From Enoplolaimus lenunculus (lineage: Eukaryota), in assembly GCA_030248215.1 (NCBI GenBank), contig JASANG010002537.1:124001-188000 (forward strand): a DNA stretch of 64,000 bases. The letters are read 5' to 3'. The position numbers and the translations under genes were made by a program. Below, in pieces: positions 35,301 through 48,771 of this stretch. The stretch's first letter is position 1. Each line of letters opens with the position of its first letter. The notes beneath the pieces were generated by a model, which worked only from the letters and a program-made list of their open reading frames with translations, was not told where the DNA came from and did no database searches.

Positions 35301-38300
35301 CAAGCCTCTTGCAAAGACCTCCGACTATATTTACTACGGTTGCATCTTTCCCGGAGCCGTAATTTTTGTCATTTCTTGGGTTAAAACTTTCAAAAACTCA
35401 TTTAATATTTTTATTCCCACCCCATTGAAATTTTGTCGAATCTGAATCCAATTCCGAACCTTTAATATTTTCAGTCTGAAACCTAATTCGAACTTTAGTT
35501 GCCATCTCCCGCTTGGCTTCGACTTGATCATAGTCTTTTACTTCAAAAGCTCAGTTGTATTAAACGAAATGTTTGCATTAAATGTTTATACACATTAAGG
35601 GTGCACGTGAAAATGTGCTTTGTGCTATACGTTACAATTTCGTTATCAGTTGCTTTACTGCTATTATTCTTGAAATGTTTTGACGCATAAGTACTTTAAA
35701 CTGTTTTACCGACACCTCTTCCCAATTTGCCCAATTTTGCTGCAAAATACCAGGAACTACCCATCAACTTGAGCGCAAAGTTAACCTATTTTGAAAACTT
35801 TAGATTAAACCAGTGTATTTATTAATACTATGGCATATGAATCTCATTAGTTTCAGAAATGAAGGTTTGCTGTCTTGTTAGGTTTGGTTTTTTACAGTTT
35901 AGTGTTTCCCTTAATGGCTTGGGGGGCTGCCTTTAACTGCTAGCCCTTTTATTTTTTAGAAAAATATTTGAAGTAATTTGACGTGATGTTTTTAAATAAT
36001 AAATTATAATAATAGAGAAGCAGTGTCTGTTTTGAAGTGCATCTGTGATATGTAAGTCAATTTACCAGTGGGTATGATGCAGGGTGTGACCTGGTATTAA
36101 TTTACCATACACGGACATTGAATTATTTGCCGGAGCCCGGCATCAGTTTTTGCCGGATATAATACCGGAACTGGATATTCGTCGCACCCCGATATGATGG
36201 GGTACAATTTTTAAATTTTTTTGTAATGTTTTTCATCAATTCTACTTCAAACTAGCAAGCGCTTCACCTCCCGATTACTCATTACTTTTAAACTATATTT
36301 GTTGTAATTCAAACTAGCACGCAGCTAAAATACATGTTCGCTCATTTATCTTTTTAGCTAAAAAATATCTTGTTTGGGATTTAATTTAGTGCGCAATAAA
36401 TTTTAGCACCAACGATTTTAGTTTTCTAAAACAATGTTAAAATTTTGAATGCGCATGCTTAGCTTAAAAATCGTTGACTGTTTCAAATATTAATGATTTT
36501 TGCGTACTAGCAGTCATGTAAAGCTGGTCAACATTATTCGTGTGTCGACGTCTTAGAAGCGATGGTGCTTCTTATAGCTGAAGTAAGCTTATAAGCTATC
36601 CCATATGCAACCAATCAATTTATACTTTGATTTTTAGCATTTTGGATTATTCAAATTGACTAATGCTTTTCTTATAAATTGTTTTTTTGACTTGAGCTAG
36701 TACCAATGTTTTCCTTCCATATTAAATTTGCATAATACACATTCTTATCGACAATAATTTTAGCTAAACACCTACCCTGGGATGCAGCAAACTTTCGATT
36801 TAAAGCTGTTGGATGCTGTGACTGTCTACAGAGCGAGTCATTTTGTTCAAAACAATTCATTAATGATAAATATGCAAACGCTGCATGTTAAAATTTTGAA
36901 TATGCATCTTAGTTGTTTCATAATCAAGCAATCGTGTATATTGCGAGGCCATGGGAAGAAAAGTTTTTATTGAAATTGCACCGTAAGCGTGTGTTGAAAC
37001 TTTATAAAAAGTTTGAAGTTAGGTTTAAACTTTTGTTAGAGCAAACAGCACGTCAAATACAACATACATGACAAACATTTTGCACCATGTTAAAAAACTT
37101 CTAATTAGATCTACGGTATGGTAGACCAATGATTTTTTTCTGAGAACGAAGACATTTTACAGCTTGTGGTCTATTAAGAGAGAGGACCGGATACAGATCA
37201 GCATAAAATAGGCAAGCCATGCTGTGCTTGCAGTAGGAGGTTTCATGTAAACGTACATGGATGCACGGATAAAAAGTGTCTTCGCTGCAACATGATAGTG
37301 ATTTGGTTTGATATGATTTTGAGGTACCCTGAAAACTTTTGATAGATGCAGATTTAGGTACCTGAGGTCGTAACAACCGCATCTGCAAATAACATATTTG
37401 CAATAAGTTTAAACTTAATGGAAAACGTTTTATTTTATGTTATTTCGATACACTTCTAATACATATATAGCGTACCTGCAACAGTAAGATCCTCCTCGGT
37501 GGAGTAACTTTTGAACTGCCCTGTAGGAGTGGTAACCACTACACACTCTGCAGTAGTTATGGTTTGTAGAATGCGCTGATAGGTTTCCGCGTGAATACAG
37601 GTGACAGTTGTCTTCATATGGTTTACGATATAGGCAAATCAAGCCAAATTCTTTTTTAGTTTTTTCGAGTGCATCATGCTGTCTTTTACAATGACTGTTA
37701 TCAGTCAACTTTTCTCGATTTTTGACAATCAGTTTGAAGTTGGTTTGACTAAAATTGTTTTCCCACGCCCTATTTTAATATCATCGATGGCGACTTTTCA
37801 CTAAGCTGTTATTAGTCAGATGCTAAAACATTTCACAATATTATCATACCTACAATGCTTTGTGACGATAATCAATGTTTCATTGATTATTTACGGTTGA
37901 GCATAGCAAAAATCGATAAAAAATATATTGAAATTAAATATAACGATCTAACTAAAAAGGAGACCAATAAATGCAATGGCGGTAGTAAAATTAAAGATAT
38001 TTGAATTAGACTTTAAGAAATCTTAGGTTTAAATCAAAATCTTGTAGAAGGTTCAGTTACCGGGGAACGGGTAGGAGATATGTTGTTGTATACCAATTAT
38101 CTATTTTTACGCTGTGATTTTACCGGCGGCCAGCTTGTTGAAGATAACTCTGAAAAACACTAACTTAGATTCCAAATTTAAGCGTGAAGGAACCAGTATA
38201 ATATTACGAGCCTTCAAATGTAAAATATTTAGACTGTAAATTGCTGTATTCTAACAAATTAGAATCGCTAGTTTTAGATAGTTTAGAAAAACCAGTGCAA

Positions 38301-41300
38301 TATGTTAGAGTAGGATTTGTCTAGAGTTACAGTTCCGAAAAAAAGGGAAGCTATTCTAGTTATGTGAAATGTTTTAGCATCAAATAGATCCCATTCCCGT
38401 TTAAAATCAAAGAGTTCAAACAAAGCCAAGTTCAGCTTTCTTGCATTTAATACACATTGCGCAAGAAACAGAATAAATCAAACCTAGGTTTTTCTTGCAG
38501 TTTAGTACACATTGCGCAAGAAAAACGACGACGTGTAAAGTAAGCTTAAATTTCCTCTTTAATTGATGTTAAGGGGTATCCTAATGTTACAAATCCTGCT
38601 GGAGACGTGTAAAGTTAGAGTCAACATTTTTACGACGCTCGTGAGTATATATTTGTTTAAACTTTAGCTCCGTGTTTTGTGGATGCCAATTGAAAATAGA
38701 GTTAGAGTCTGCATTTTTAGGTTTCTGACAAGAGCCGTTACATCAAAATTCCCGTAAAATTTTTAGTGACGTCAAACAACCTGGGTTGGGACAGCAAACG
38801 CGGTGGATCTCACGGCTGGGGTATTACTACCAATATAACCACATAAGTCTGCAATTTCATCTAAATAATTCTATCATATTACATGTACATTCAATAGTAA
38901 ACTTGATTAACGCGATGCCGGCCAACCAGCCATTGACACCACACTAGTGTAAAATCGTTAGGGTGCAGTGCAAAATTCATTTTACAAACCTCTTCAGCGA
39001 AAATTTGAGTGGTTGAATTTGAATGAGTTTCTAGAAGGGTGAGCAGATTTGGAAACCACTCTTGCGCTCCGACAACATTATTTCGCATAGCAGACAGTAA
39101 ACAGCGTGTAAGACTGATTGCGAATCGAGACGAGTCCACCAATGAAGCAACTTTTTCGTCTACAATGACCTCACAGCCTCCTTTTAATAAAATTTGAGGT
39201 AATTGTGTACAAAAAGTCGTTTCTAAAGTTACAATATACACGTTCCAATGTATTAAATTGAAAAGATTAAAAATCTACAACAGCAATGTGTCAGAGTAAA
39301 TCAAAAGGAAATCCATTTAAATTCTACCAAAAATTTATGTTCACCTTCATAAAACCAACTCCAGAAAAAATATATGTACGCGACTCTCGATCCCGTGGCG
39401 CACCAACAACTGTTCCAACAGATACAATGCCTTAGCATAAATATTACAGTACATTGGGTACTGTAGATTTCTCCGTTCTTCAATATTTTAGACTAGTTTA
39501 TCACTGCTCGATGGCCTTGCCGGGGGAAGGTTTACACAACATAGAACCGTTTAAAACATTGGTTCGTTACACCCAAGTAATGGCAAAAAGTCACAACTAT
39601 TCACCCTTGAACAATTCAAACTCTAGCGCACCGTAAAATTCCAAAAACTGCTGTATCAACACAAATGCTCTTACGCTTGCCATGATTAGTGTAAGATGCT
39701 TACTAAGATGTCACCATTGAAAGGATTCCAGACGCTTGCTAACCTCTAAGTATCTGGTCGCAAAATTCAGCAAATTCAAACAGTCCCGCTTTGTTGCTGT
39801 GAGTTGTCGTTGTGGCACTTGCATACAAGTCAAAACATCTATCGGCTAGCGATTTTACGACCTAAAGCAAGATCAAATCTTGACGGTTAAGAATTCTCTT
39901 AAAGTTCAGCATGTCTAATTCAGGGGCCGTAGTCAGGAATGTTTTACGATGCAGCGGTCCAACATGCGAGAGAATCCTTGATAAGTTCAGAAGGGAAAGC
40001 AGGATCCAGGAGACTTTCGAGGGGGTCACACTGTCCTGGATACACAAAAAGCCCGAATATTCAGTGACTGAACTTCCCCAACATGTTAATGTACCTGATC
40101 ATAACCCGCAGTTGTTGGTTTCTTTAATCGAGCCACTGAAGCCAAACGTGCTCTGTCCGTTAGCGAGAGTGACCGCCACAGCTCCGTGAATGTTTGCTGA
40201 AGCTGAGAAACCAAATAATGCATACATTCAGCCAACTGCAACTGCGAAGATTTGTCACCGACTGTGTCATCGAGATCACCTTAAGTTATAATGCATTAAC
40301 ACTTGTAGAAATGGCATCGACATAATTAAGTACAAAAACGAGTAGTAGATGCCTTACGATTCACAGGTAACCGAAAACCATTATTTTAAATACATTCTAC
40401 ATTAATTTAAAAAAACTCAGCTTAATGTCAACACCTATTTACAACGTTAATACTATCCTGAATTGCCACTTCAAGTTATTCAAGTAAAATGAAAACTGTT
40501 GCAAACTACACATAAGACGTCACTAACCTACATCTTCTATTGTCGATATAACATTACAGAGTGACTTAATGGAAGGACTCAACTTTGCTTCAGACAAAAT
40601 GATTTCCACGTTAGCGCTGTTCCATTCTTTCGTGAGATCACAGATGGCAATGTTAGCCGTGGCAACGCTGTCCGCCAAATCAGACAGCATCTGTAATGAT
40701 ATTTCAATAGCTATCACCAACGTTTTGGTCTTAACAATATAGAAAATTGTGTTTCGCTAGTGGGCATAGAGGGTCTCCCCCCATGGTTGAGCCCCATTTT
40801 ACGTTTTAGGTGTTTACCAATAGGAGCAAGCGTGGCAACATCTTTTTATACGCTGAAACTTTCACAATCAGCAAACCAGCTGATTCAAATACAGGAGGGG
40901 GCGCCAATGTTGTGACAGATGCCTTATGTTAAAAGATGCCGCGCGAGCGAAACGAACTAGAAGACAACTTCAATTTTAATATTTTTTTATGGCAGAGATT
41001 TAACCATTTTTATCAAGTCTTCCATTTTATGTTATGCATAATATTCTGTCTTCAAAAATGGGAAAGGTCGCCCCTCTTGCTCCTACCCCCACAAAACATT
41101 ATTTTCCAAAAGCAAACAAATTTTATAGATTAAAAAACTAAACTAACCATTTTGGAATGTCGCAAACACTTAAATGCTGTCGAAAAATTCTTCTGATTCG
41201 CAGCAGCATATGCTTGTTTAATACGCATTTTCAATAATCCAGTTTGAAACTGTTCTTGAATATCTTTGGTTTGAGGCTTGGCACGTTCTGATAGTACACC

Positions 41301-44300
41301 AACAAAAATATCCGCGAACAGCGCCCTAAGGTTTTGGTATTATTGGCATAGCGTTAATATATTTTTGGCAAAAACTTTATAACAAAACCGATAGCTAACA
41401 GTATTGAGAACGTTTATTACAAATATATCAACTTATGTTTTTCGAAAATTGGCAAAGAAATTTATTGTAAAGTTTAATAACTAGACTGCTAAGTTAAAAA
41501 ACACAACTAGGTAAACAAATTCGGTTCAAATACAGAATATGTGATATGCTGGGGATCGCAACTGCAGGTAGGCCCCCCTCGGCGAAAGTCATCAAATTGG
41601 TTTGCTCATCAATTCACATAACCACCCATCATTTAAGTCTTGTCTCTCCACTACTCCAGCATTTTTAGCCTAAAAACCGAACTTTTCTTCGCTTTAAACG
41701 CATAATGTTACAAACGAACGATAAGACATTAAAATGGGTTTTCGTTTAGAAAAGTATTCGCCAATAAAAATTCTCCCGCTCAAGATTTTCCAAGGTCCCG
41801 AACCAGGGCCCCGTTTGATCCCAGCACTTCTTCGGAACCAGCGAGTTCCCAGACAATACATTTTAAAAACAAAATTTGTACCTATTCGAAATTATTTCTG
41901 ACCATGTAACAGAATCATCGTTCGCGTCAGGCATATTATTTGTCCAACCGCTGAGAAACCGCTCACACACAGTCTCTGTGACACCTAAATACACACTTTA
42001 TCTTTGCTTGTGCTTGTACTGCAGTATTAGCAACAGAAACTACACCATCATCACTTTAGAGATAATTAAGATTACTAAACTAAATGTTAAAAACCAACAC
42101 TCTAATCCTGTGAAAAATTGTTCGGCTGTTATTTGCACCAGCGGTTGATAAGCTGTCCGCGCGGCCGCGCTACGTCCGCGTGCGTTTGAGTTCGCGGTCG
42201 ACTTAAAGTTGTTTCAATAACCATTATTTCTGAGTCGTACAGAACTACGTGATGCATCTGCGGCCAACATAGGATGTGTGCGTTCGTTTCTGCCTGCGTT
42301 TACGACCGCGTATGCATGATGGTGTCCTTAATTCTGACCAGAACTATACATTAAGGCAGACGAAAGGCCGCAGTGGCATAAAGCGACGTTTTCAAATTCA
42401 TCACCGAAGACGAAACCCTGGACAAAATTAAATTAATCAATTGTACAATTTGAAAGTTTGTTATTATACTCATCTAAGTAAAATCTATTCAATAAATTAA
42501 AAAATTAATGGAGTTTTACCAGTTTTAATTGCTGCCAAGACCTGCTTGATTTCGACAAGCGGTTGAATTTGATTGATACAACGTCGCCGATTATTGTACA
42601 TTAAACGACTAATGTTTGACCAATCCTAAACTGCTGTGATTTAATTCCACTTTACAAAACTAAAACACGACTGTACTATAAACATAATTAAAACGGAAGC
42701 TAATGTAGAAGGGACCGACCCTGTTACAAGAATATGTCAAATAAAATTCTTTATCTTCAAAATTTTTGTTTTAGTGAGAGACATAGCACGTTCTCGGTAC
42801 CGCTTGTGAAAACAAATATACAAAGAATTTTGTTTATTTTCGTTGGATTTAAACCATAAACTTAGTCATCTTTAAAAAGCACTTAACTGACTAGGCTAAG
42901 CAATAGCAAATATAAGTTGACATTTCCCTTATTTAAAAAAACTATATTATCAAGAACCTTTTAAACTGTTGTTTTTGTGACAAAAATAATATCTGTATTT
43001 AATACGATACCATCGTTTGGCAACGCTATTAACTGGTTTTAGCTTTTCGCGTTTATGTAATGTAACAATCCATTGTTCTCGTTTCAGCGACGCCCAAATT
43101 TCAAAATAAGAATAGGCTTCTATATCAGAATCGGCAAAAATGTTGGTATCGGCACATCCTACTAAATACAGCGCGAACCACAATTAATAACACTAACTTC
43201 TAAAAACTTATTAATGCCCATCTCGCAGTACCATGCGGCGGTTTCGTACTCCAGACGCGTAATATGCCACAATGCTAATTCTTTGGAATGAGCCACCTAT
43301 AAATAAAGGCATAGGCATTGTGTAAATGATTGTTTAAAAAGTGGAAGAAAAATAAAGCAGAACAAATAGATCTAGTATTACAATAGCATTTAAAGCTATT
43401 TATAACGGCACCACGGCTGCAGCACAAATATCTGTACAAGTATGATACTATCAAATGAACAAAGTGGTCAAATCAATGTGGTCACCAAAAATGTCGTTAC
43501 ACATTGAACTATGGAAAACGTCCGAAGCTCTTGCAAAATCAGCAACAATGCGGGCTTTTGCTTACATCAAAACTCAATTTTGTATCAGGATCACCACAAA
43601 ACTGTTTTATGATGTCTGCCATATGCTCGCTATTGTCAGTTTTACCATCGGCGGCAACACGAACCAATGATTTAACCAGCATCGGTAAATAGCGTTCCTG
43701 CAAGATGAAACAATTCATCTCAGGAAAAAAATAACGCGGCCCAATTCGTGTACTTGAACGCACGGTCATTTTCCAAAAGCTCATGACAAAAACCTACACG
43801 GTACGCAAACGAAAATTACTGGATACCAAGGTAAAGGCATAAGTGGATAGAAAATGGCCAAATTCTGTTACAACAAAAGTATTACGATTCTTTTTAATAA
43901 GCAAAATTACTGAAAAAATACTGCATTTATTTGATTTCTCTCCCCCATAAACGGAGCGCGGCAAGCAGAAAACAACTGCTGTCTCCTTTTGTAAGCGATC
44001 AACTATCGGCCACATACTGTGAAAAGGCAAACATGATACCAAAGTATGCGACGAACAAAACCGTTCACTGTTTAAGAGTAAAGACAAAACAACCTGATTA
44101 GCATATTATAATATATGCTATAGATGCAATTGCCCTAAAAATTCATTTTCAATTCTGCGTTTGTATTTTTACGTTGACGATTATTTTATTAACGTAGTAT
44201 TTTGACAGCTATTTAATGCAACCGGGAGTGTTTTAAGAACTTAGCGCAGATTACTGATAACCGTTCACATAGAGTGAACCCGCATAACTACTTTATACCT

Positions 44301-47300
44301 CATTGGTGATAAATTCGACGTTGAAATCAAATTATGTCCGTTTACTGTAGGATGAAGCCACACAGTGCTTTACGTTACTAGGAGAAAAATCAAAACTATT
44401 TGATCACAAACTAACCATGACATCAGCATCATTTATCGGATCGTCAATTTGATCAATCATCCCACGACAAATTTCAGTAATATCGCGCCATTTTCCGAGA
44501 TGCGCCAAACACTAAAACAAAATATATTCTGAGACAGTTATTATAATGAAAGTCAAACACTTGTTTTTGAGAAGTAGAGCTCGTGTTTTCAAATATGTGT
44601 AGCGCGCATGACCAGTTAGTGAAACGTCTTCAATCTTTAGCATTAGTGGATGGTAAATTTCGAAATTTGGCACATTTTCATCCAATAAACCAAGCACAGC
44701 AGCTGTGGTACTTTGATTATTCAAGGATCTGGTACTATGCCCAAATTTCGCACAACTACTTTTTTATAATTGAACGTCTATAACATCTTACTGCGATTGC
44801 ATTTCTGGAAGAAGTCAATGAGGTTCACGTTTTAATACGCCGAAACAAAAAATAAAATTTCAAGCTAACAATAATTAATTTTTAAATCAGCAAACAAACG
44901 TATTATACTTTTGTGCTACTAGAATGGTTTAAAGAGTACACAAATTTATATGCAGTATTCGTTTTATATCCGGTTACGGTAAATAATACATTATCCTAAA
45001 TCGGTAAAATACTATCCAGACACATCCTGATAAATACGCGATAAATAACGTTACAATGTCTATACTCAATTCCGCATAAATTGAATAAACCTGATTTAAA
45101 AACACAATATTTGCATAAAGCTTCATTCAGTTTATTCACATGTGTATGTTTTGCGGCGAGAACTCGCAGCTGCAATTTCTAAACGAAAATTATTGACAGA
45201 AAGAACTTGGAGGTGCAAGTTTTGTTCATTACAAAACTTACAACTACAAGTTGTAGCATCACCAAATTGTCGCGGCAAAACTTGCACGAAAGTTGCAGCT
45301 GCACGTTTCAAATGCAAAAACTTGCACTTGCCAATTGGTGCTTCGAGTTCTCGCTTCAAAAATTTTCACGTGTGAATGAGGCTTTGCGTTAAACAATATT
45401 AATATGTATTTCGTTCAAACGGAAACTAATGCACCTCCAGACGTGACTGTGTAACCAATTCAAGTTCGATTGCCGCTTGTGTAGAAACGTTATCGAGAGC
45501 GCTTAGTGCAACAGACGCCTGAAAAACATAGACAACACACCTCACGAGTAAATCTGACATCAGCAGTTCATTGGCGGTCATAGGATTTTTTCGTGGGGGG
45601 GGGGTGCAGGCTTTTAGATTTTATTTTTTGCATATTAGGCCATGTAATAAAACCGCAATCGTTCTAAAATTTAACTGTTTGTAAAAAATTTCGGGGGGGC
45701 TGCCGTTGCAACAGCAAATAGCAACTGAGGAATAGCCAGAATTTCATTTCACAAAAGTATAACCACACGTCACTCCTATGCTTCGGGGAGGCATGTATCC
45801 AGTTTATCCCCTTTTTGTTAGAATTACGCTCGGGTTTCTGGATAGCAATAGCTAGATTTCCGAAAATCATAAACTTTTTAACAAATTCAGAAATTACACT
45901 TCGACAAATGTTACAATACTGCGATATAAGTAGTATACACCCCCCTTAGGGTGGGTGTATACTACTGATTATACACTACTTCGGATATTATTAACGCGAG
46001 TACTAACGAACAGCAATAGAATACATTACAGTGATTGCAAAACTTAAAGTTTGATTACATTTTTATACATTTCAGCTGCCTCGGCCATATTTCCCATCGC
46101 TTCAGCCTCCATACCAGTTGAGGTTGCTTTCTGTGGCGTCAATTTCTTACAAAAAATCCCTCGCACCTGATCAAACTCGTTTAGTGAGCGGTAAAGCCTG
46201 AAAGAAAAATTATTATTCAAGTTCTGAACTCACACACATTTACGTTTCCGACACTCAAAAATACAAATTGATTGCATTAGATAAAAGTTAAATTTACATT
46301 TCGAAATAGAAAAATTAAGTTATCAAGAAAGATTAATTCTTTAACAACAACTGCAAAGAGGTGCCAACGATTAGTTTTCAACAAGCATAGTGCCGAAATT
46401 TTATTGTTCTTTTTTACATGTCCTGGCTATTTTTCCACAAATACATACAACTGGAAAGTCAGAGGTTATTGAATATTCACTGAACAATAAACCGTCAACA
46501 AGCAAAGCTATCGTAAAATTTTTTAAATATTCATTTCTACTGCTATTTGATTACGTTACGGAGTCCAGCCAGTAATTTTTCAAAATGTGTGTAGCGACGA
46601 AATAAAAACCAATAGTAGTAGAACTATATGTATTGAGCAAAGCTCGGACATATATACTTTTTAATCAGTCTAGTTAAGCGTTCCTAACTTATACAGCACA
46701 AACGGATAGTTTGACAAACTTACTTTTCAATTAGTCTAATATGCAAATAAGTTATTAACTAACTATTCATTATTCCGTTTTGGAGGTTTATAAACAATTT
46801 ATTCAGATTTCTCGCACCAAAAAACCCTTTAGTACTGAATTTGATTGCTTGTAACCGTAATAATCAGTAAAATAATCGGATAATAAGCTTTCAAACAAAA
46901 AAGCTTTTCAAAAACGGTTCAGCCGTTCGGACGGGTATCCGCCTTTTGACCCTCGAGTATAAAACATAAAACGCTTATCGAAACTCCGAGCTCCGCTAGG
47001 AGTTTCGCCTCGCTCAATCATATTTACTCTATTGCACTTACATCGACCCATTATTTTCACATCATCCAAAGCAAACATTAAAAAAATTTAAAACCGCTTC
47101 AACCAACGAAACACAATCAACAGTTACTTCGCTAAACATGCCCACGTTTGCACACTACCACTGTAACCTTCTACTCTTGGACGTTTGTTCGGAATACCAC
47201 TTGTGTTTAGTTTGTGTTGGTATTGGTCAGTCAATATTTTTTCTTCAAGCGCACAGATACCTAAAATTACATTAAGTTTTCCAAACCTATATCTTTCTTT

Positions 47301-48688
47301 GTTCGTTCAAACTAAGGTCATTTTCAAAAGCGAACGAGGAGCACCAATTTAAACAACTTGGACGCAGAAGTTTGAATCTATGAACCAGAGCCGTGTTTGA
47401 AAACTAGAAAAACAAACATGTTAAATGAACTATATTCCTGCAATTACCTAAATCTTGTAAGCCACCCATTTCACTGCCAAGAAGAATGGTTTCCGGCGCC
47501 ACGTCAATGCTGTTTGGATGCTGGTAACACAATCGCTGAAATACATGCAATTAACAATAAAATACTGAGGCCATTCGACACTGAACATTTCAAAACAAGG
47601 TAGCAAGAAGAAGCATAATACACCTAAAACTTAGAACTTAAAAAACGTTATTCAAATAGAAATTTCACCCTAACCGTCTTTTGGTTTAAATAACATCTGT
47701 TCAAATTTAACGACTTAATTTTAAAACCAAGTAAATTATAATAACCAGTCGTAGTGGGACTACATATATTGAGCGAAGCTCGAAAGCACGTAAGCAATTA
47801 AGCTAATATGCAAATTAGCTATTAGCTAACTATTCAACTATCGGTTTCGGATGTTTGTAAACTATTTACTCAAATTCTTCGCACCCAAAAACCCTTCAGC
47901 CACTCTAATAATTTTTGGAATAATTTAAAAAGTCCTAATTTTGTTCTGTCAATTAAGCTAATATGCAAATTAGTTATTAGCTAACTATTAAATTATCGGT
48001 TTTGGAGGTTTGTAAACAATTTATTTAGATTCTTCGCACCCAAAAACCTTCAGTAAACCCTAATAATTATGGAAATAATTTAAAAAGTCCTAGTTTTGTC
48101 TTGTGAATTAAGCTAATATGCAAATTAGCTATTATCTAACTATTCAATTATCCGTTTTGGATGTTTGTAAACTATTTATTCACATTCCTCGCACCAAAAA
48201 CCTTTTAGTGCTGAAATTATATTGCTTTTAACCTTAACAATTAGCGAAATATTGTAAAAAGTCTTAATTTAGGCTCATAAACTATGCTAATATGCAAATT
48301 ATCTATTAGCTAACTGCTCAATTATCGGTTTTGGAGGTTTGTAAACAGTCTACACAGATTCCTCGCACCCAAAAACCCTTTAATGCTAAAATTAGATTGC
48401 TTCTAACTGTAATAATTAGTAAAATATTGTGGAAAGTCCTAATTTAGGCTTAACTAATTATGCAAATTAGCCTGTAGCTAATAAACGGCTTAAAATTTTA
48501 CCCCCTAATGCGAGGTTAACACCCCAGGATAATTGGCTTTCAAACAAAAAAAAGTTTATCAAAATCGGTTCAGCCGTTCCTGAGATTCTTTTCGGACGGA
48601 CAGACGGACATCCACCTTTCGACCCCCAAGTACAAAACATAAAACGCTTCGCGAAACTCCGAGCTTCGCTCGGAGTTTCGCTTCGCTC

Positions 48689-48771
<83 letters not shown>

